From assembly GCA_965215265.1 (NCBI GenBank), contig OZ244048.1, positions 32,001 through 96,000 on the forward strand: 64,000 nt of DNA, read 5' to 3'. The translations under genes were made by a program, and so were the position numbers. The stretch comes from Candidatus Poribacteria bacterium. GTDB taxonomy: Bacteria > Poribacteria > WGA-4E > WGA-3G. The stretch's first letter is position 1; each line of letters opens with the position of its first letter. This document shows, piece by piece, positions 10,718-20,366 of the stretch. A model generated the notes under the pieces. It made no database searches, was not told the origin of the DNA, and saw only the letters and a list, made by a program, of their open reading frames with translations.

Positions 10718-12123
10718 TGAGACACATTCCAATTTTGCGAGCGGGACGTTCCTACAGAAGTTTGAACACCGTTTGTCTTTACCATATTAAAACAGGTGAG
10801 CCCTTAGCCGAAGTCAGCCAAGCCAATCGTGGGCTCATTTCCAAAGACTTGGGCGACATGAGACTCCACAAGCAGGCACTTGGACAGCATTCTGTTGCCG
10901 AATTGCTTTCAATTTGCACAGAAGCTGCGAGGCTTTTCACAACGGCCGAACTTCCGCTTGACCAAGATGTTCAATCCCCCACGGATTATCTTCGACAGGT
11001 CTCGGGCACAACAGGGCTTCCGGAAACTCTCTGTCAACAGAATATGGATAAGATTCAGAGTGTGCTGGAGAAAATGCCAGAGGTCCTTGATGGGTTAACC
11101 CGTGGTTTAGATTTGTCTCTCCTTGATACTGGCTGGGGTGCCCAAAACGGCCGCACGCTGAGTTACGTTTGTGAAACGGATATGCTGTCAGCCGTGCTTC
11201 CGAGCAATTCTCCCGGTGTCCACTCGTTGTGGTTACCTGCCATCCCGCTAAAAGTCCCTCTCGTGCTAAAACCGGGGCGAGAGGAGCCCTGGACTCCGTA
11301 TCGGATTGCCCAAGCGTTTATCGCTGCAGGGTGTCCCGCCGCCGCATTTAGTTTCTACCCGACTGGTCACGCGGGTGTAAACGAGATCCTGTTCCGTTGT
11401 GGCAGATCTATGCTATTCGGTGGTGGTTCAACTGTTGCACCGTGGATGAACGATCCGTGCGTCGAAATCCACGGACCAGGTCGAAGCAAAATCATCATGG
11501 ATAAGGAGCAGAGTGCACACTGGAAAAACTATTTGGAACTGATTGTAGAATCAGTCGCCAAAAATGGTGGTAGATCCTGCATTAATGCCTCTGGCGTATG
11601 GGTAACGTCCCATGGGCACGACATTGCAATGGCGTTAGCAGAACGTTTAGCACAGATACAACCGAAACCGCTTGATCATCCTGAAGCACAACTCGCGGCA
11701 TGGGCGAATCCCAAAGCCGCCCACGGCATCTCATCCCTAATTGACCTGCACCTTAAAGAACCTGGGGCAACAGAATTGACAGCGAGTGACCGAGTCGTTG
11801 AGTTAGATGGCTGTACCTTCCTCAGGCCGACTGTGATATGGTGTGAGGATGCGGAGCATCCATTAGCAAATACAGAGTTTCCCTTTCCATTCGTCAGTGT
11901 TGTCGAAGTACCATCAGCGAAGTTAGTAGAATCCATTGGTGCGACACTGGTTGCCACGGCAATCACAGAAGACCCGGCACTTATTGGAGAATTGCTAGCA
12001 ACTCCGTTAATCGACCGGTTGAATCTCGGACCAATCCCGACAACACAAATTTCTTGGGATAGTCCGCACGAGGGAAATCTGTTTGCATTTCTCTATCGGC
12101 AACGGGCGTTTCAATTTGCGTAA
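10714..12123 (+). CDS. Aldehyde dehydrogenase superfamily, LuxC/EhpG-like acyl reductase
   Basis: 'VLPSNSPGVHSLW', 'LKPGREEP', catalytic Cys in 'GGRSCINAS', 'EFPFP'; 'IHGPGRSK' replaces the ALDH 'LELGGK' motif. Confidence 0.8.
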   Translation: MMRHIPILRAGRSYRSLNTVCLYHIKTGEPLAEVSQANRGLISKDLGDMRLHKQALGQHSVAELLSICTEAARLFTTAELPLDQDVQSPTDYLRQVSGTTGLPETLCQQNMDKIQSVLEKMPEVLDGLTRGLDLSLLDTGWGAQNGRTLSYVCETDMLSAVLPSNSPGVHSLWLPAIPLKVPLVLKPGREEPWTPYRIAQAFIAAGCPAAAFSFYPTGHAGVNEILFRCGRSMLFGGGSTVAPWMNDPCVEIHGPGRSKIIMDKEQSAHWKNYLELIVESVAKNGGRSCINASGVWVTSHGHDIAMALAERLAQIQPKPLDHPEAQLAAWANPKAAHGISSLIDLHLKEPGATELTASDRVVELDGCTFLRPTVIWCEDAEHPLANTEFPFPFVSVVEVPSAKLVESIGATLVATAITEDPALIGELLATPLIDRLNLGPIPTTQISWDSPHEGNLFAFLYRQRAFQFA

Positions 12124-12153
12124 TAACTTCAAAGAATCGGAAAGGAGCATTAT

Positions 12154-13218
12154 ATGAAAAAAATAGAAGAAAAAGAAAGTCGTTGGCACGGTCGAGACTC
12201 CACACTGTGGATAGGATCTATCGGCGAACTCCGTCAGTTAATTCCTTATTTTAAAATTTTGGATTTTCGTATAGGTCAAGGAATAAATAGATACTTAGAC
12301 CTCATAGTGAGGGAACCCCTAGGTGAAGCCGATCTTGGGAATGAAACTAATTCTATGAACAGCGTCCGCATACCAGTTGCTGCAGTTAGAAAGCCATATA
12401 AAGTTTCTCTACTCCGGAATTGGAAACACGAAGACGTTTCTCAAGGCTATAAACTCGTTCAACACCATGAGATTCTTGAGAGCGTATTGGGAACATTAAA
12501 GGTGTTCAGCCAACAAAGCAAAACGGATTCCAAAGTTCGTATCTTACCAATTACGGATCCCGATTCTCTTGAAGCAAGCCTTCGGATATCCGAATATGGT
12601 GCCCGCATGCGAATTGAGTTTCGCGTGCCCAACTACAAATTTTATCACAACGAAAATCCGTTTGTCCTCAAAGTGATTTGTCTCAATTCGGTAGATAAAA
12701 GCATAGCTTTGAGAATTGGTTTGTCTTTGGTTGGGAACAGCGAAATTTTTATGGCCGGATTCAGGCGCAACCACGATCAAGCACTTAAAGATGGGGCGAT
12801 CGAAGTGTTCTTGTCTAGAGAATTTAACCAATTCGTAAACGGGGCATGGATCAGGAAAACCGTTTCTGAGAAAGAGATTGAAGTTTTAATTAAGAAGGTT
12901 AATCTTGATCTTGATATCCAAGAAGTAAAAGATCTGTATAAAAAACTTTTGGAAGCACTTGATAAAGTAGAAACTCACGTCCAGCACGAGGCAGGCAAAC
13001 TCCGCGAGGCAGGCAAACTCCGCGAGGCAGGCAAACTCCGCGAGGCAGACAAATTTAATTTCCTTGTATTAATGCACATGTTAAGTAACCGCTTGGTTGC
13101 TGAGCAGGAAACACTACACTTGCAAGAGCAAAAGATGGCAAAGACGTTAGATTTGTTAGTGGAGTATCAGAAGCGAGCTGACAGAGGCAGGCAAACTGCA
13201 CGAGGCAGACGAATTTAA
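12154..13218 (+). CDS. DUF932-like hypothetical protein with (REAGKL)3 repeat
   Basis: 'YKLVQHHEIL', 'ISEYGARMRIEF', 'CLNSVDKSIAL' resemble DUF932; SD AAGGAG. Confidence 0.55.
   Translation: MKKIEEKESRWHGRDSTLWIGSIGELRQLIPYFKILDFRIGQGINRYLDLIVREPLGEADLGNETNSMNSVRIPVAAVRKPYKVSLLRNWKHEDVSQGYKLVQHHEILESVLGTLKVFSQQSKTDSKVRILPITDPDSLEASLRISEYGARMRIEFRVPNYKFYHNENPFVLKVICLNSVDKSIALRIGLSLVGNSEIFMAGFRRNHDQALKDGAIEVFLSREFNQFVNGAWIRKTVSEKEIEVLIKKVNLDLDIQEVKDLYKKLLEALDKVETHVQHEAGKLREAGKLREAGKLREADKFNFLVLMHMLSNRLVAEQETLHLQEQKMAKTLDLLVEYQKRADRGRQTARGRRI
12987..13053 (+). repeat. 18-bp tandem repeat CGAGGCAGGCAAACTCCG x3 plus a partial copy
   Basis: Read directly from the sequence. Confidence 0.95.
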
Positions 13219-13340
13219 TTTCCTTGTATTAAGGCGCATGTTAAGTAGCCTCGTTGCTGAGCAGGAAACACTACACTTGCAAGAGCAAGAGATGGCAAAG
13301 ACGTTAGATCTGTTAGTGGAGTGTCAGAAGCGAGCTGACA
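13024..13340 (+). repeat. ~160-bp imperfect tandem duplication (13024-13183 / 13184-13340)
   Basis: Manual alignment shows about 9 substitutions and one small indel. Confidence 0.93.
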
Positions 13341-13342
13341 AA

Positions 13343-13488
13343 CGAACTTCTGCTTGACCGGGACGTTCGATCCTCGGCGGATTATCTCCGACAGGTCTCG
13401 GGCACAACAGGGCTTCCGGAAACCCTCTGTCAACAGAACATGGATAAGATTCAGAGCCCGACCGGTCACGTAGGTGTAAACGAAATTC
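13343..13488 (+). pseudogene. Fragments of a second copy of the upstream ALDH-family gene
   Basis: 13343-13456 matches 10947-11060; 13457-13488 matches 11358-11389. Confidence 0.9.
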
Positions 13489-13499
13489 AGAATGGCAAA

Positions 13500-13535
13500 A
13501 GTGGCTGGGAAAAGTTTAGCTTTTTTTTCAAAAAG
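13500..13535 (-). repeat. Dispersed element AAAAAAAGCTAAACTTTTCCCAGCCACT
   Basis: Near-identical reverse complement of 48099-48136; partial copy at 48205-48229. Confidence 0.85.
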
Positions 13536-14040
13536 CGATTTTTTTAACGGCCTTTTTTAGCGTCTCCCGCCCCCTATATCCCTCTGCAAGCGAGGTCATA
13601 ATTCGGGTTCGGTTTATCCAATTATTTTTTCTTCATGAAGGAGCAAAATTTTTTATCTATACGTTTTGCCAAATCTGCTATAATAATGGCGTTTACCCTA
13701 TGAGATTGCGAACTTCAGAGAGGTTTTTGCTAATTTTCGCATCATTATTTCGTTAAAACCGTAAAAAAACAAAGAGTTGCATAATATTACAGAATCTGAT
13801 AAACTAAAAAAGTGTAGTACTTACACAGAGTCCATTGTTGTTGGCACAAAGCGTTTAAACAACAAACTATAGTTTCACCTGATTGGGATTTATGCAGCTT
13901 ACTTACGTAGTTTCCAAGATGGTGCAATAAATTGTGCGACGACGAAAAAGTAGGTTTGCAGTTGGGAAACCATTTATCGCCCTTGTACAAACCTTGAAAT
14001 GTTTATTTTAATTAAATTTCTGCTTAAAGGAGAGCAAAAT

Positions 14041-14820
14041 ATGATGAACTTAAAATTAGGAAGCTTGCTATTATTATTCCTTCTGGTCGCTTTGGTTGGC
14101 TGTGATTCAGCGCGAGACGCTGTATTGGACACGACACAGTCATCAAATCCGGTCATTGGGGATGCCACAGCTGACGTAGAAGCATCACCTATAAAACTTC
14201 TGTGGCTTATCAACTATCCGCGCGGCGGAAAAGATGCATACCTAGAATGGGTTGCATCCGTCTCCCCGACGCTTGCCGCACCCGCAGAGTTAAAACGCAT
14301 CGCCTCTTACGATAACTATTATGGCGAAAATCCGCATCGACTTGTTGAATTTGAATTTGGCAGTTTTGTTGATGCCATGACCTACTTAAATAGGCCCGAC
14401 ATTGCAGCGGTTCTTGAAGCACTACCTGACTACAGCAGTGAATCAAGAACATACACGTTCATTCAACGGTCAGATTACTCAAAAGTATTGGATACCAACC
14501 GAGCAATCAAATCGATTTACCTAATTGACTATCCCCTGGGAGGCAAAGACGAGTATTTGACGTGGGTTGAGACTAAGGCACTCGCACTTATAGCGCCCGA
14601 CGAACTCAAACGCATCGCCTCTTATGATAATTATTATGGCGAATCACCGCATAGGCTCGTTGAACTTGAGTTTGATAGCATGGAAGAAGCGAACCGTTAT
14701 CAAATTTTAGAGGGGCCACGGGGCGTTAGTGCAGAACTTCCAAATCAAGCAGGCAGAGTAACGATGCATGTATTTGAACTACGTGGAGATTACGTCAATT
14801 TGAATCAATCTGTTGAGTGA
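14041..14820 (+). CDS. Lipoprotein with two tandem EthD/dimeric alpha-beta-barrel-like domains
   Basis: SD AAGGAG; lipobox 'ALVGC'; duplicated 'YP.GGKD.YL.WV..ELKRIASYDNYYGE.PHRLVE.EF'. Confidence 0.7.
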   Translation: MMNLKLGSLLLLFLLVALVGCDSARDAVLDTTQSSNPVIGDATADVEASPIKLLWLINYPRGGKDAYLEWVASVSPTLAAPAELKRIASYDNYYGENPHRLVEFEFGSFVDAMTYLNRPDIAAVLEALPDYSSESRTYTFIQRSDYSKVLDTNRAIKSIYLIDYPLGGKDEYLTWVETKALALIAPDELKRIASYDNYYGESPHRLVELEFDSMEEANRYQILEGPRGVSAELPNQAGRVTMHVFELRGDYVNLNQSVE

Positions 14821-15344
14821 GAAACAGAAGGACGAATATCACTGTTAGTGATGTCGTACGGCACGGTTATTTCGCCGCTGCGTTCGGTGATTTAGCGTTG
14901 AACTCTATTGTTAAAGCCGGGGATGTGATTGAAATTCAGGTTGTGGATACAGCAGGGAATCTCATCACGAAGCCGTTAGCGTACACAGTAACATCCGATA
15001 TGCTCAAAACCGCGTTCATCTCTGTCGTGCTTGAAGCGAACCCGCTACCGAAGACGATTGTACTCCTCCAGAATTATCCGAATCCGTTCAATCCAGAGAC
15101 GTGGATTCCCTACCAACTCAGTGAAGCGGCCTCCGTTATGATCACTATCTATGATGTGACAGGCAAGCAGGTCCGCTCACTGGACCTCGGACATCAAGGT
15201 GCAGGATTCTATATGAGTCGTTCCCAAGCGGCCTATTGGGATGGACGAAACGCTGTGAATGAACCTGTCGCTTCCGGTATCTATTTCTATCAGATTGAAG
15301 CAGGGACGTTCTCGGCAACGCGCCGCATGTTGATTCTGAAGTAG
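14817..15344 (+). pseudogene. FlgD-Ig / T9SS-type-A-like C-terminal domain, probably the tail of a larger secreted protein
   Basis: 'LLQNYPNPFNPETWIPYQL..YWDGRN..ASGIYFY..RRMLILK'; no signal peptide. Confidence 0.65.
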
Positions 15345-15366
15345 TGCGCGAATCAAGAAAACCGAT

Positions 15367-15398
15367 GCAAAGACGCAGAAACAGGTCTGCGTCTTTGC
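15367..15398. terminator. Hairpin, probable terminator
   Basis: GCAAAGACGCAGA-aacagg-TCTGCGTCTTTGC, a 13-bp perfect stem just after a stop codon. Confidence 0.6.
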
Positions 15399-15554
15399 CT
15401 TATGTTATCCTTGAATTTAGAGAAAGGAGTGTAGTATACTAACGTCATGGTGATAAAGAGAGGAAGCAGTGTACGAACCGATAAACAGAAAAGGATTTTT
15501 GCCCGTGCTCTATGTGTTGAATGCCGTTTGATTATTCACAATAAGGAATAGACA

Positions 15555-16733
15555 GTGAATTCATATCTATCATACAAATTACAGTATAGACAAAACAGAA
15601 AGACCTTTTTTCTGCTGATAGGGTTGGTTTTAATTCTGTTTTCACAGTGTGTGAGCCTTTATTCAGCTTCAAGCGATTGGACAGGTTTTCGGGGTAACCC
15701 ACAGCTCACTGGTGCTGCAGCAACCGAACTCCCGGATGCATTAGAACTTCTCTGGACGTTTCAAGCTGCAGATATGATTGAGGGAACTGCAGCAGTCGTT
15801 AAGGGCATTGTGTACGTCGGGGCGTTAGACGGTTATCTCTATGCAATTGACGCGAGAAACGGCGAACTGCAATGGAAGTATCAAGCCGGTGAGAGCGATT
15901 CTCCAGTTTCAATAAAGGCATCCCCTGCTGTTTATAACGGAGTCATCTATGTCGGGGATGGCGAAGGAGTCTTTCATGCTATAGAGGTGAACGCCGGAAA
16001 ACAGAAGTGGAAGTTCCAATCGGACGGGGAAATTTTCTCCTCGGCAAACTTCGGTGGAGCTAACGTTCTATTCGGTTCCTACGACGGCTTCCTCTATTGT
16101 CTCAATAGAGAGAGTGGTGCCTTAGTTTGGAAATTTGAAACCGAAGGCTACATTCACGGTACACCGGCGATTTTCGGGAATTCTGTGGTTATCACAGGAT
16201 GCGATAGTTATCTCCGCGTCATCAATATTGGTGATGGCAGTCAGACACAACAGGTTTACCTCGGTGCGTATGTCGGGGCAAGTCCCGCGATTTTAGAAAA
16301 CCGGGCTTACGCAGGGACGTACGGTACCGAAGTGCTGGGTGTAGAATTAGGGACAGGCAATATTGCGTGGCGGTATCAACATCCGAAGCGCAGATTTCCG
16401 TTTTTTGCCTCTGCGGCTGTAACCGAAGACGTTGTTATCATTGGGGGGCGCGATAAGATGCTACATGCACTCTCGCCAGATACTGGGGCCCCGCAATGGA
16501 TTTACACCGCTAAATCGCGTATTGAGTCCTCCGCGGTCATTGTCGGCAAACGTGTCTTCTTTGGTACAACCCGTGGCGTTTTGATTGCCTTAGATATATC
16601 GAACGGAGAGCCGGTATGGGAATTCGAAACCGGTTCAGCGATTGTCGCCTCGCCGAGTGTCGCCGACGGTCAGCTGTATATCGGCACAGAGTCAGGTACC
16701 CTATACTGCTTTGGAGAAAAAAATAATCCGTGA
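15555..16733 (+). CDS. PQQ-binding-like (BamB-type) beta-propeller protein
   Basis: Signal peptide, 'DWTGFRGNPQLTG', repeated 'LYAIDARNGELQWKY' blades. Confidence 0.88.
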   Translation: MNSYLSYKLQYRQNRKTFFLLIGLVLILFSQCVSLYSASSDWTGFRGNPQLTGAAATELPDALELLWTFQAADMIEGTAAVVKGIVYVGALDGYLYAIDARNGELQWKYQAGESDSPVSIKASPAVYNGVIYVGDGEGVFHAIEVNAGKQKWKFQSDGEIFSSANFGGANVLFGSYDGFLYCLNRESGALVWKFETEGYIHGTPAIFGNSVVITGCDSYLRVINIGDGSQTQQVYLGAYVGASPAILENRAYAGTYGTEVLGVELGTGNIAWRYQHPKRRFPFFASAAVTEDVVIIGGRDKMLHALSPDTGAPQWIYTAKSRIESSAVIVGKRVFFGTTRGVLIALDISNGEPVWEFETGSAIVASPSVADGQLYIGTESGTLYCFGEKNNP

Positions 16734-16785
16734 TGCCGCGTACTACTCGGCACAGTAACAACGGTATAATGTTCCATGAGAGATT

Positions 16786-17052
16786 TTAATAGCTCTTAAT
16801 CACCGCCCAACTTGTGGCTAACTTCCCTTGCGGGTTGACCCCGAGTGCCGCTTGTAAGCCGTTTTCTCAAATGGCGTTAATCTGATCGCCACTCAAATCC
16901 ACATTAAAGATAGCGACTTCATCGAAAATACCGAACATAAATTCGTGGTCGTGGTGGGCCAGAAAGTCACCCATTGTAACCTCCTGCTCCTTCGGATTCG
17001 TGTCCATTGCTTGATCGGTGCCTTGCTTTGATCGAAGTTTACTATACAGCAT
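16786..17052 (-). pseudogene. LamG-like domain C-terminal remnant
   Basis: 'FGIFDEVAIFNVDLSGDQINAI*ENGLQAALGVNPQGKLATSWAVIKSY*' with an in-frame TGA at 16867-16869. Confidence 0.75.
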
Positions 17053-17274
17053 GCATTCAGGCGAAAAATCATATTTTAGAAGAACTTAAAGTCAAATTTA
17101 TTTTTAAGTTATGCCAATTTTACCTTGAAATCTTGATTCTCAGCGTGTATAATTTTGTAAGTGCGTGGTAACTCATGTCAAATAAATTAAATAGGATTGT
17201 TTTTCCACAAAGGTAGAAAAGGAATGTTCTTTAAGAAGATTGCCATGAATTTGAATTTTGTCAGGGAGGCATAG

Positions 17275-17460
17275 ATGCGAAAACATTCCTACCTATTTGG
17301 CTTAATTCTCACAATTTTCCTCACAATAGCAGGTATTCTTCCGATATTAGACGCGCAGCTGAAAATCTACCTTAGGAACCCTACAGACCAATTCGATAAG
17401 AGTCGCTTGATGGGAATTGAGTGTAAAAGAGCCTGCTGTTTCTCAGGATTACCATCTTAG
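17275..17460 (+). pseudogene. N-terminal signal-peptide remnant of a secreted protein
   Basis: SD GGGAGG; 'MRKHSYLFGLILTIFLTIAGILPILDAQ' then an early stop. Confidence 0.35.
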
Positions 17461-17649
17461 TTACAGTGTGATTCACAGTGAAAATGCGATTGAAATTACA
17501 GTTTTCTACTATTCGTGGTTCGACCATGCTAATCTGAACAAAGCGGTTGATCTTGCCCTGCAGCGAACTCACTGAATGCAAAATTATGGGGGTAGGGCAC
17601 GTGGTTGAAAAGCTAAGGAACATATTGAGTTGCTTGAATGGAGAGAGTG

Positions 17650-18984
17650 ATGTCTCAAACACAGCCTGAGCCTGCAACAGCAGGTATAGATTCAAAACAA
17701 ACAACCGTCGGGAGCGTTTTCGTTTCCAATTACCCGCCCTATTCTGTATGGGGTGAATCAGCTATTCCAGATGTGAGGCGCGCCTTGGCAGAACCGCCAC
17801 GGCTGGATACCCCCCTTGGACTGTATCTACATGTTCCGTTCTGTCGCAAACGGTGCAAGTTCTGCTATTTTCGTGTCTATACAGATAAGAACAGTTCGGA
17901 GATTGATACGTATCTGAACGCGCTCGCGAAAGAGATTGAGATTTACAGTGCCAAGCCAGCAATTGCAGGTAGAACGCTGAAATTCGTCTATTTCGGGGGT
18001 GGTACCCCATCTTATATTAGCGTTAACCACCTCAAGACGCTGGTAGAGCGAGTCAAACGCGCGATGCCGTGGGATGATGCGGAAGAGATCGCTTTTGAGT
18101 GTGAACCTGGCACATTGACAAAAAAGAAATTAGAGGCGATCAGAGCCATTGGCGTAACCCGATTAAGCCTGGGTGTTGAGAATTTGAACGACGACATCCT
18201 TGCCGAAAACGGTAGGGCGCACCTCTCCAAAGAGGTCTACCGTATCGCGCCGTGGATACAGGCGTTAGGGTTCGCGCAAGTCAATATAGATCTCATCGCC
18301 GGCATGGTAGGCGAAACCTGGGAGAGCTGGCGGGAAACGGTGGAAAAGACGATAGAACTCGACCCGGATAGCATTACTATCTATCAGATGGAACTCCCGT
18401 TTAATACCGTCTACTCCAAGGATATTCTGGGCGGAGACGCGCTACCGGTAGCAGATTGGAAGTTGAAGCGTGAATGGCACCAGTACGCGAATGAGCAGTT
18501 TGCAAAGATAGGATATCGCCGCTCTAGTGCATATACTATGGTTAAGAAGCAGAAGCCTGCACAATTTGTCTATCGCGATGCAGTGTGGCAAGGGAGTGAT
18601 ATGCTGGGCACCGGGGTTGCCTCATTCTCACATTTAAGCGGAATTCATTTCCAGAACGCGCCGTCATGGGGAGACTATCTCGGACAGCTGGAGCAAAATC
18701 AGTTACCCTTACACCGCGCACTAGCCCCAGCGAACACCGAACAGTTGACGCGCGAGATGATACTTCAACTCAAGCTAGGAGAAATTAAAACCTCCTATTT
18801 TAGAGAGAAATTTAACGCTGATATTCTCACGTTGTTCGCTGATGCATACGAGAAACTGCAGAATGACGGTATGCTGACGTTCACTGAAGATGAAATTCAA
18901 TTAAGCGAACGCGGCCTGCTCCAGGTCGATAGTTTACTCCCTGCCTTTTATGCCCCTGAGTATCAGAATAGACGCTATACTTAA
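17650..18984 (+). CDS. HemN-like radical SAM enzyme (class C methyltransferase-like)
   Basis: 'LYLHVPFCRKRCKFCYF', 'YFGGGTPS', 'RLSLGV', C-terminal HemN_C-like region; lacks HemN 'RNFQGY' and HemW 'HNxxYW'. Confidence 0.85.
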   Translation: MSQTQPEPATAGIDSKQTTVGSVFVSNYPPYSVWGESAIPDVRRALAEPPRLDTPLGLYLHVPFCRKRCKFCYFRVYTDKNSSEIDTYLNALAKEIEIYSAKPAIAGRTLKFVYFGGGTPSYISVNHLKTLVERVKRAMPWDDAEEIAFECEPGTLTKKKLEAIRAIGVTRLSLGVENLNDDILAENGRAHLSKEVYRIAPWIQALGFAQVNIDLIAGMVGETWESWRETVEKTIELDPDSITIYQMELPFNTVYSKDILGGDALPVADWKLKREWHQYANEQFAKIGYRRSSAYTMVKKQKPAQFVYRDAVWQGSDMLGTGVASFSHLSGIHFQNAPSWGDYLGQLEQNQLPLHRALAPANTEQLTREMILQLKLGEIKTSYFREKFNADILTLFADAYEKLQNDGMLTFTEDEIQLSERGLLQVDSLLPAFYAPEYQNRRYT

Positions 18985-19069
18985 GCCGAATCAGGATGCT
19001 GCTCTAGTGATAGAAGAGCGAGTAAATCGGACTATCAACCAGATATACCTTAAAAGCCTCATAATAAAA

Positions 19070-20314
19070 ATGGATACAAAAATACAGTTACGTCGCCTTC
19101 GCTGCATGCTCGCCCCGGTATTAGAGACGAATGCATTTTATAAACAGAAACTCATGGCATCCGGAGTTTCCCATCCAAACGATGTCCAAACATTAGAGGA
19201 TTACCAACGTTTACCCTTTACCACTAAGGAAGAGTTTAGTGCGGACCAGGTGGCACATCCCCCTTACGGCACCAACCTCACCTATCCATTGGAGAAGTAT
19301 ACGTGCCTTCATCAAACTTCTGGCACAACGGGAGAACCGATGCGGTGGTTAGATACAGCAGAGTCGTGGTATTGGTGGGGGAAATGTTGGCGGGAAATCT
19401 ACCGGGATGCAGGCGTGACAGCCGTTGACCGGCTGATGATCGCTTTTACGTTCGGTCCGTTTATCGGTTTCTGGAGTGCTTATCATGGTGCCCAACAGCT
19501 AGGTGCGTTGACAATTCCGAATGGCGGAATGACTTCTGATCAGCGTATACGTGCTATCCTCTACAACGATGTCACTGTGCTGCTTTCCACGCCGACATAC
19601 GCGCTGCGGCTCGCCGAAGCTGCCGAAAAAGCGGGGATTAACCTAGCACGTGAGGCGAGTGTTAACGTTACCATTCACGCTGGCGAACCGGGTGCGAGTT
19701 TATCTTCTACAAAACAGCGCATCGAAAGGCTGTGGGGTGCACGCACTTACGACCATGCCGGGGCGACAGAGGTCGGTGCATGGGGAATTATGTGCCTCCG
19801 ACAGGCAGGAATGCATCTCAATGAAGAGGAGTTCATCTGTGAAATCATTGACCCGGCCACTGGCAAACCTGCTGACGAAGGTGAACTTGTCATCACGAAT
19901 CTTGGGCGCGTCGGTATGCCGGTCATACGATACCGCACGGGTGATTACGTCAAACTAAAAGCGTCGCCATGCGAATGTGGTAAGCAGAGCCGGGTGCTTG
20001 ATGGCGGTGTCAAAGGTAGAATAGACTCCCTCCTCATCATTCGCGGTCTGAACCTTTATCCTACCACGATTGAAAACATCATTTTCCAATTCCCTGACGT
20101 GCTTGAATTTTCCGTGCAGGTTTATCGTGCCGGCACGCTTGATGAACTTGAAATTCAGATTGAATCTAAAAGTCATACGCCTGAACACACGGCAACGGCA
20201 GTAGCCGCTAAGATTCGAGACGTTTTAGGACTGCGCACCATTGTAAAAGCTGTACCAGTCGGTACATTTCCACGAGCGAGTCTCAAAGCGAATAGATTTT
20301 CAGATACACGTTAG
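19070..20314 (+). CDS. Phenylacetate-CoA ligase (PaaK)-like ligase
   Basis: 'LPFTTK', 'HQTSGTTGEP', 'STPTYAL', 'AGEPG', 'YDHAGATE', 'RYRTGD', 'GRID'. Confidence 0.85.
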   Translation: MDTKIQLRRLRCMLAPVLETNAFYKQKLMASGVSHPNDVQTLEDYQRLPFTTKEEFSADQVAHPPYGTNLTYPLEKYTCLHQTSGTTGEPMRWLDTAESWYWWGKCWREIYRDAGVTAVDRLMIAFTFGPFIGFWSAYHGAQQLGALTIPNGGMTSDQRIRAILYNDVTVLLSTPTYALRLAEAAEKAGINLAREASVNVTIHAGEPGASLSSTKQRIERLWGARTYDHAGATEVGAWGIMCLRQAGMHLNEEEFICEIIDPATGKPADEGELVITNLGRVGMPVIRYRTGDYVKLKASPCECGKQSRVLDGGVKGRIDSLLIIRGLNLYPTTIENIIFQFPDVLEFSVQVYRAGTLDELEIQIESKSHTPEHTATAVAAKIRDVLGLRTIVKAVPVGTFPRASLKANRFSDTR

Positions 20315-20328
20315 GTCCCTGATTTTGC

Positions 20329-20357
20329 TTGACGTTTAACACTCTGGTAGTTATAAT
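20329..20357 (+). promoter_or_regulatory. Sigma70 promoter
   Basis: TTGACG-17 nt-TATAAT, 9 nt before ATG 20367. Confidence 0.75.
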
Positions 20358-20366
20358 TTTAAATAA

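Noticed and set aside
13024-13340. TR/VR-like pair of a diversity-generating retroelement (A-biased differences)
   Set aside because: No reverse transcriptase in the window, non-A changes and an indel are present, and the A-rich copy is the coding one. Ordinary duplication fits better.
16867-16869. In-frame TGA as selenocysteine or recoding
   Set aside because: It lies in a 5'-truncated LamG remnant at a position not expected to be Cys, and TGA is used as a stop throughout the window.
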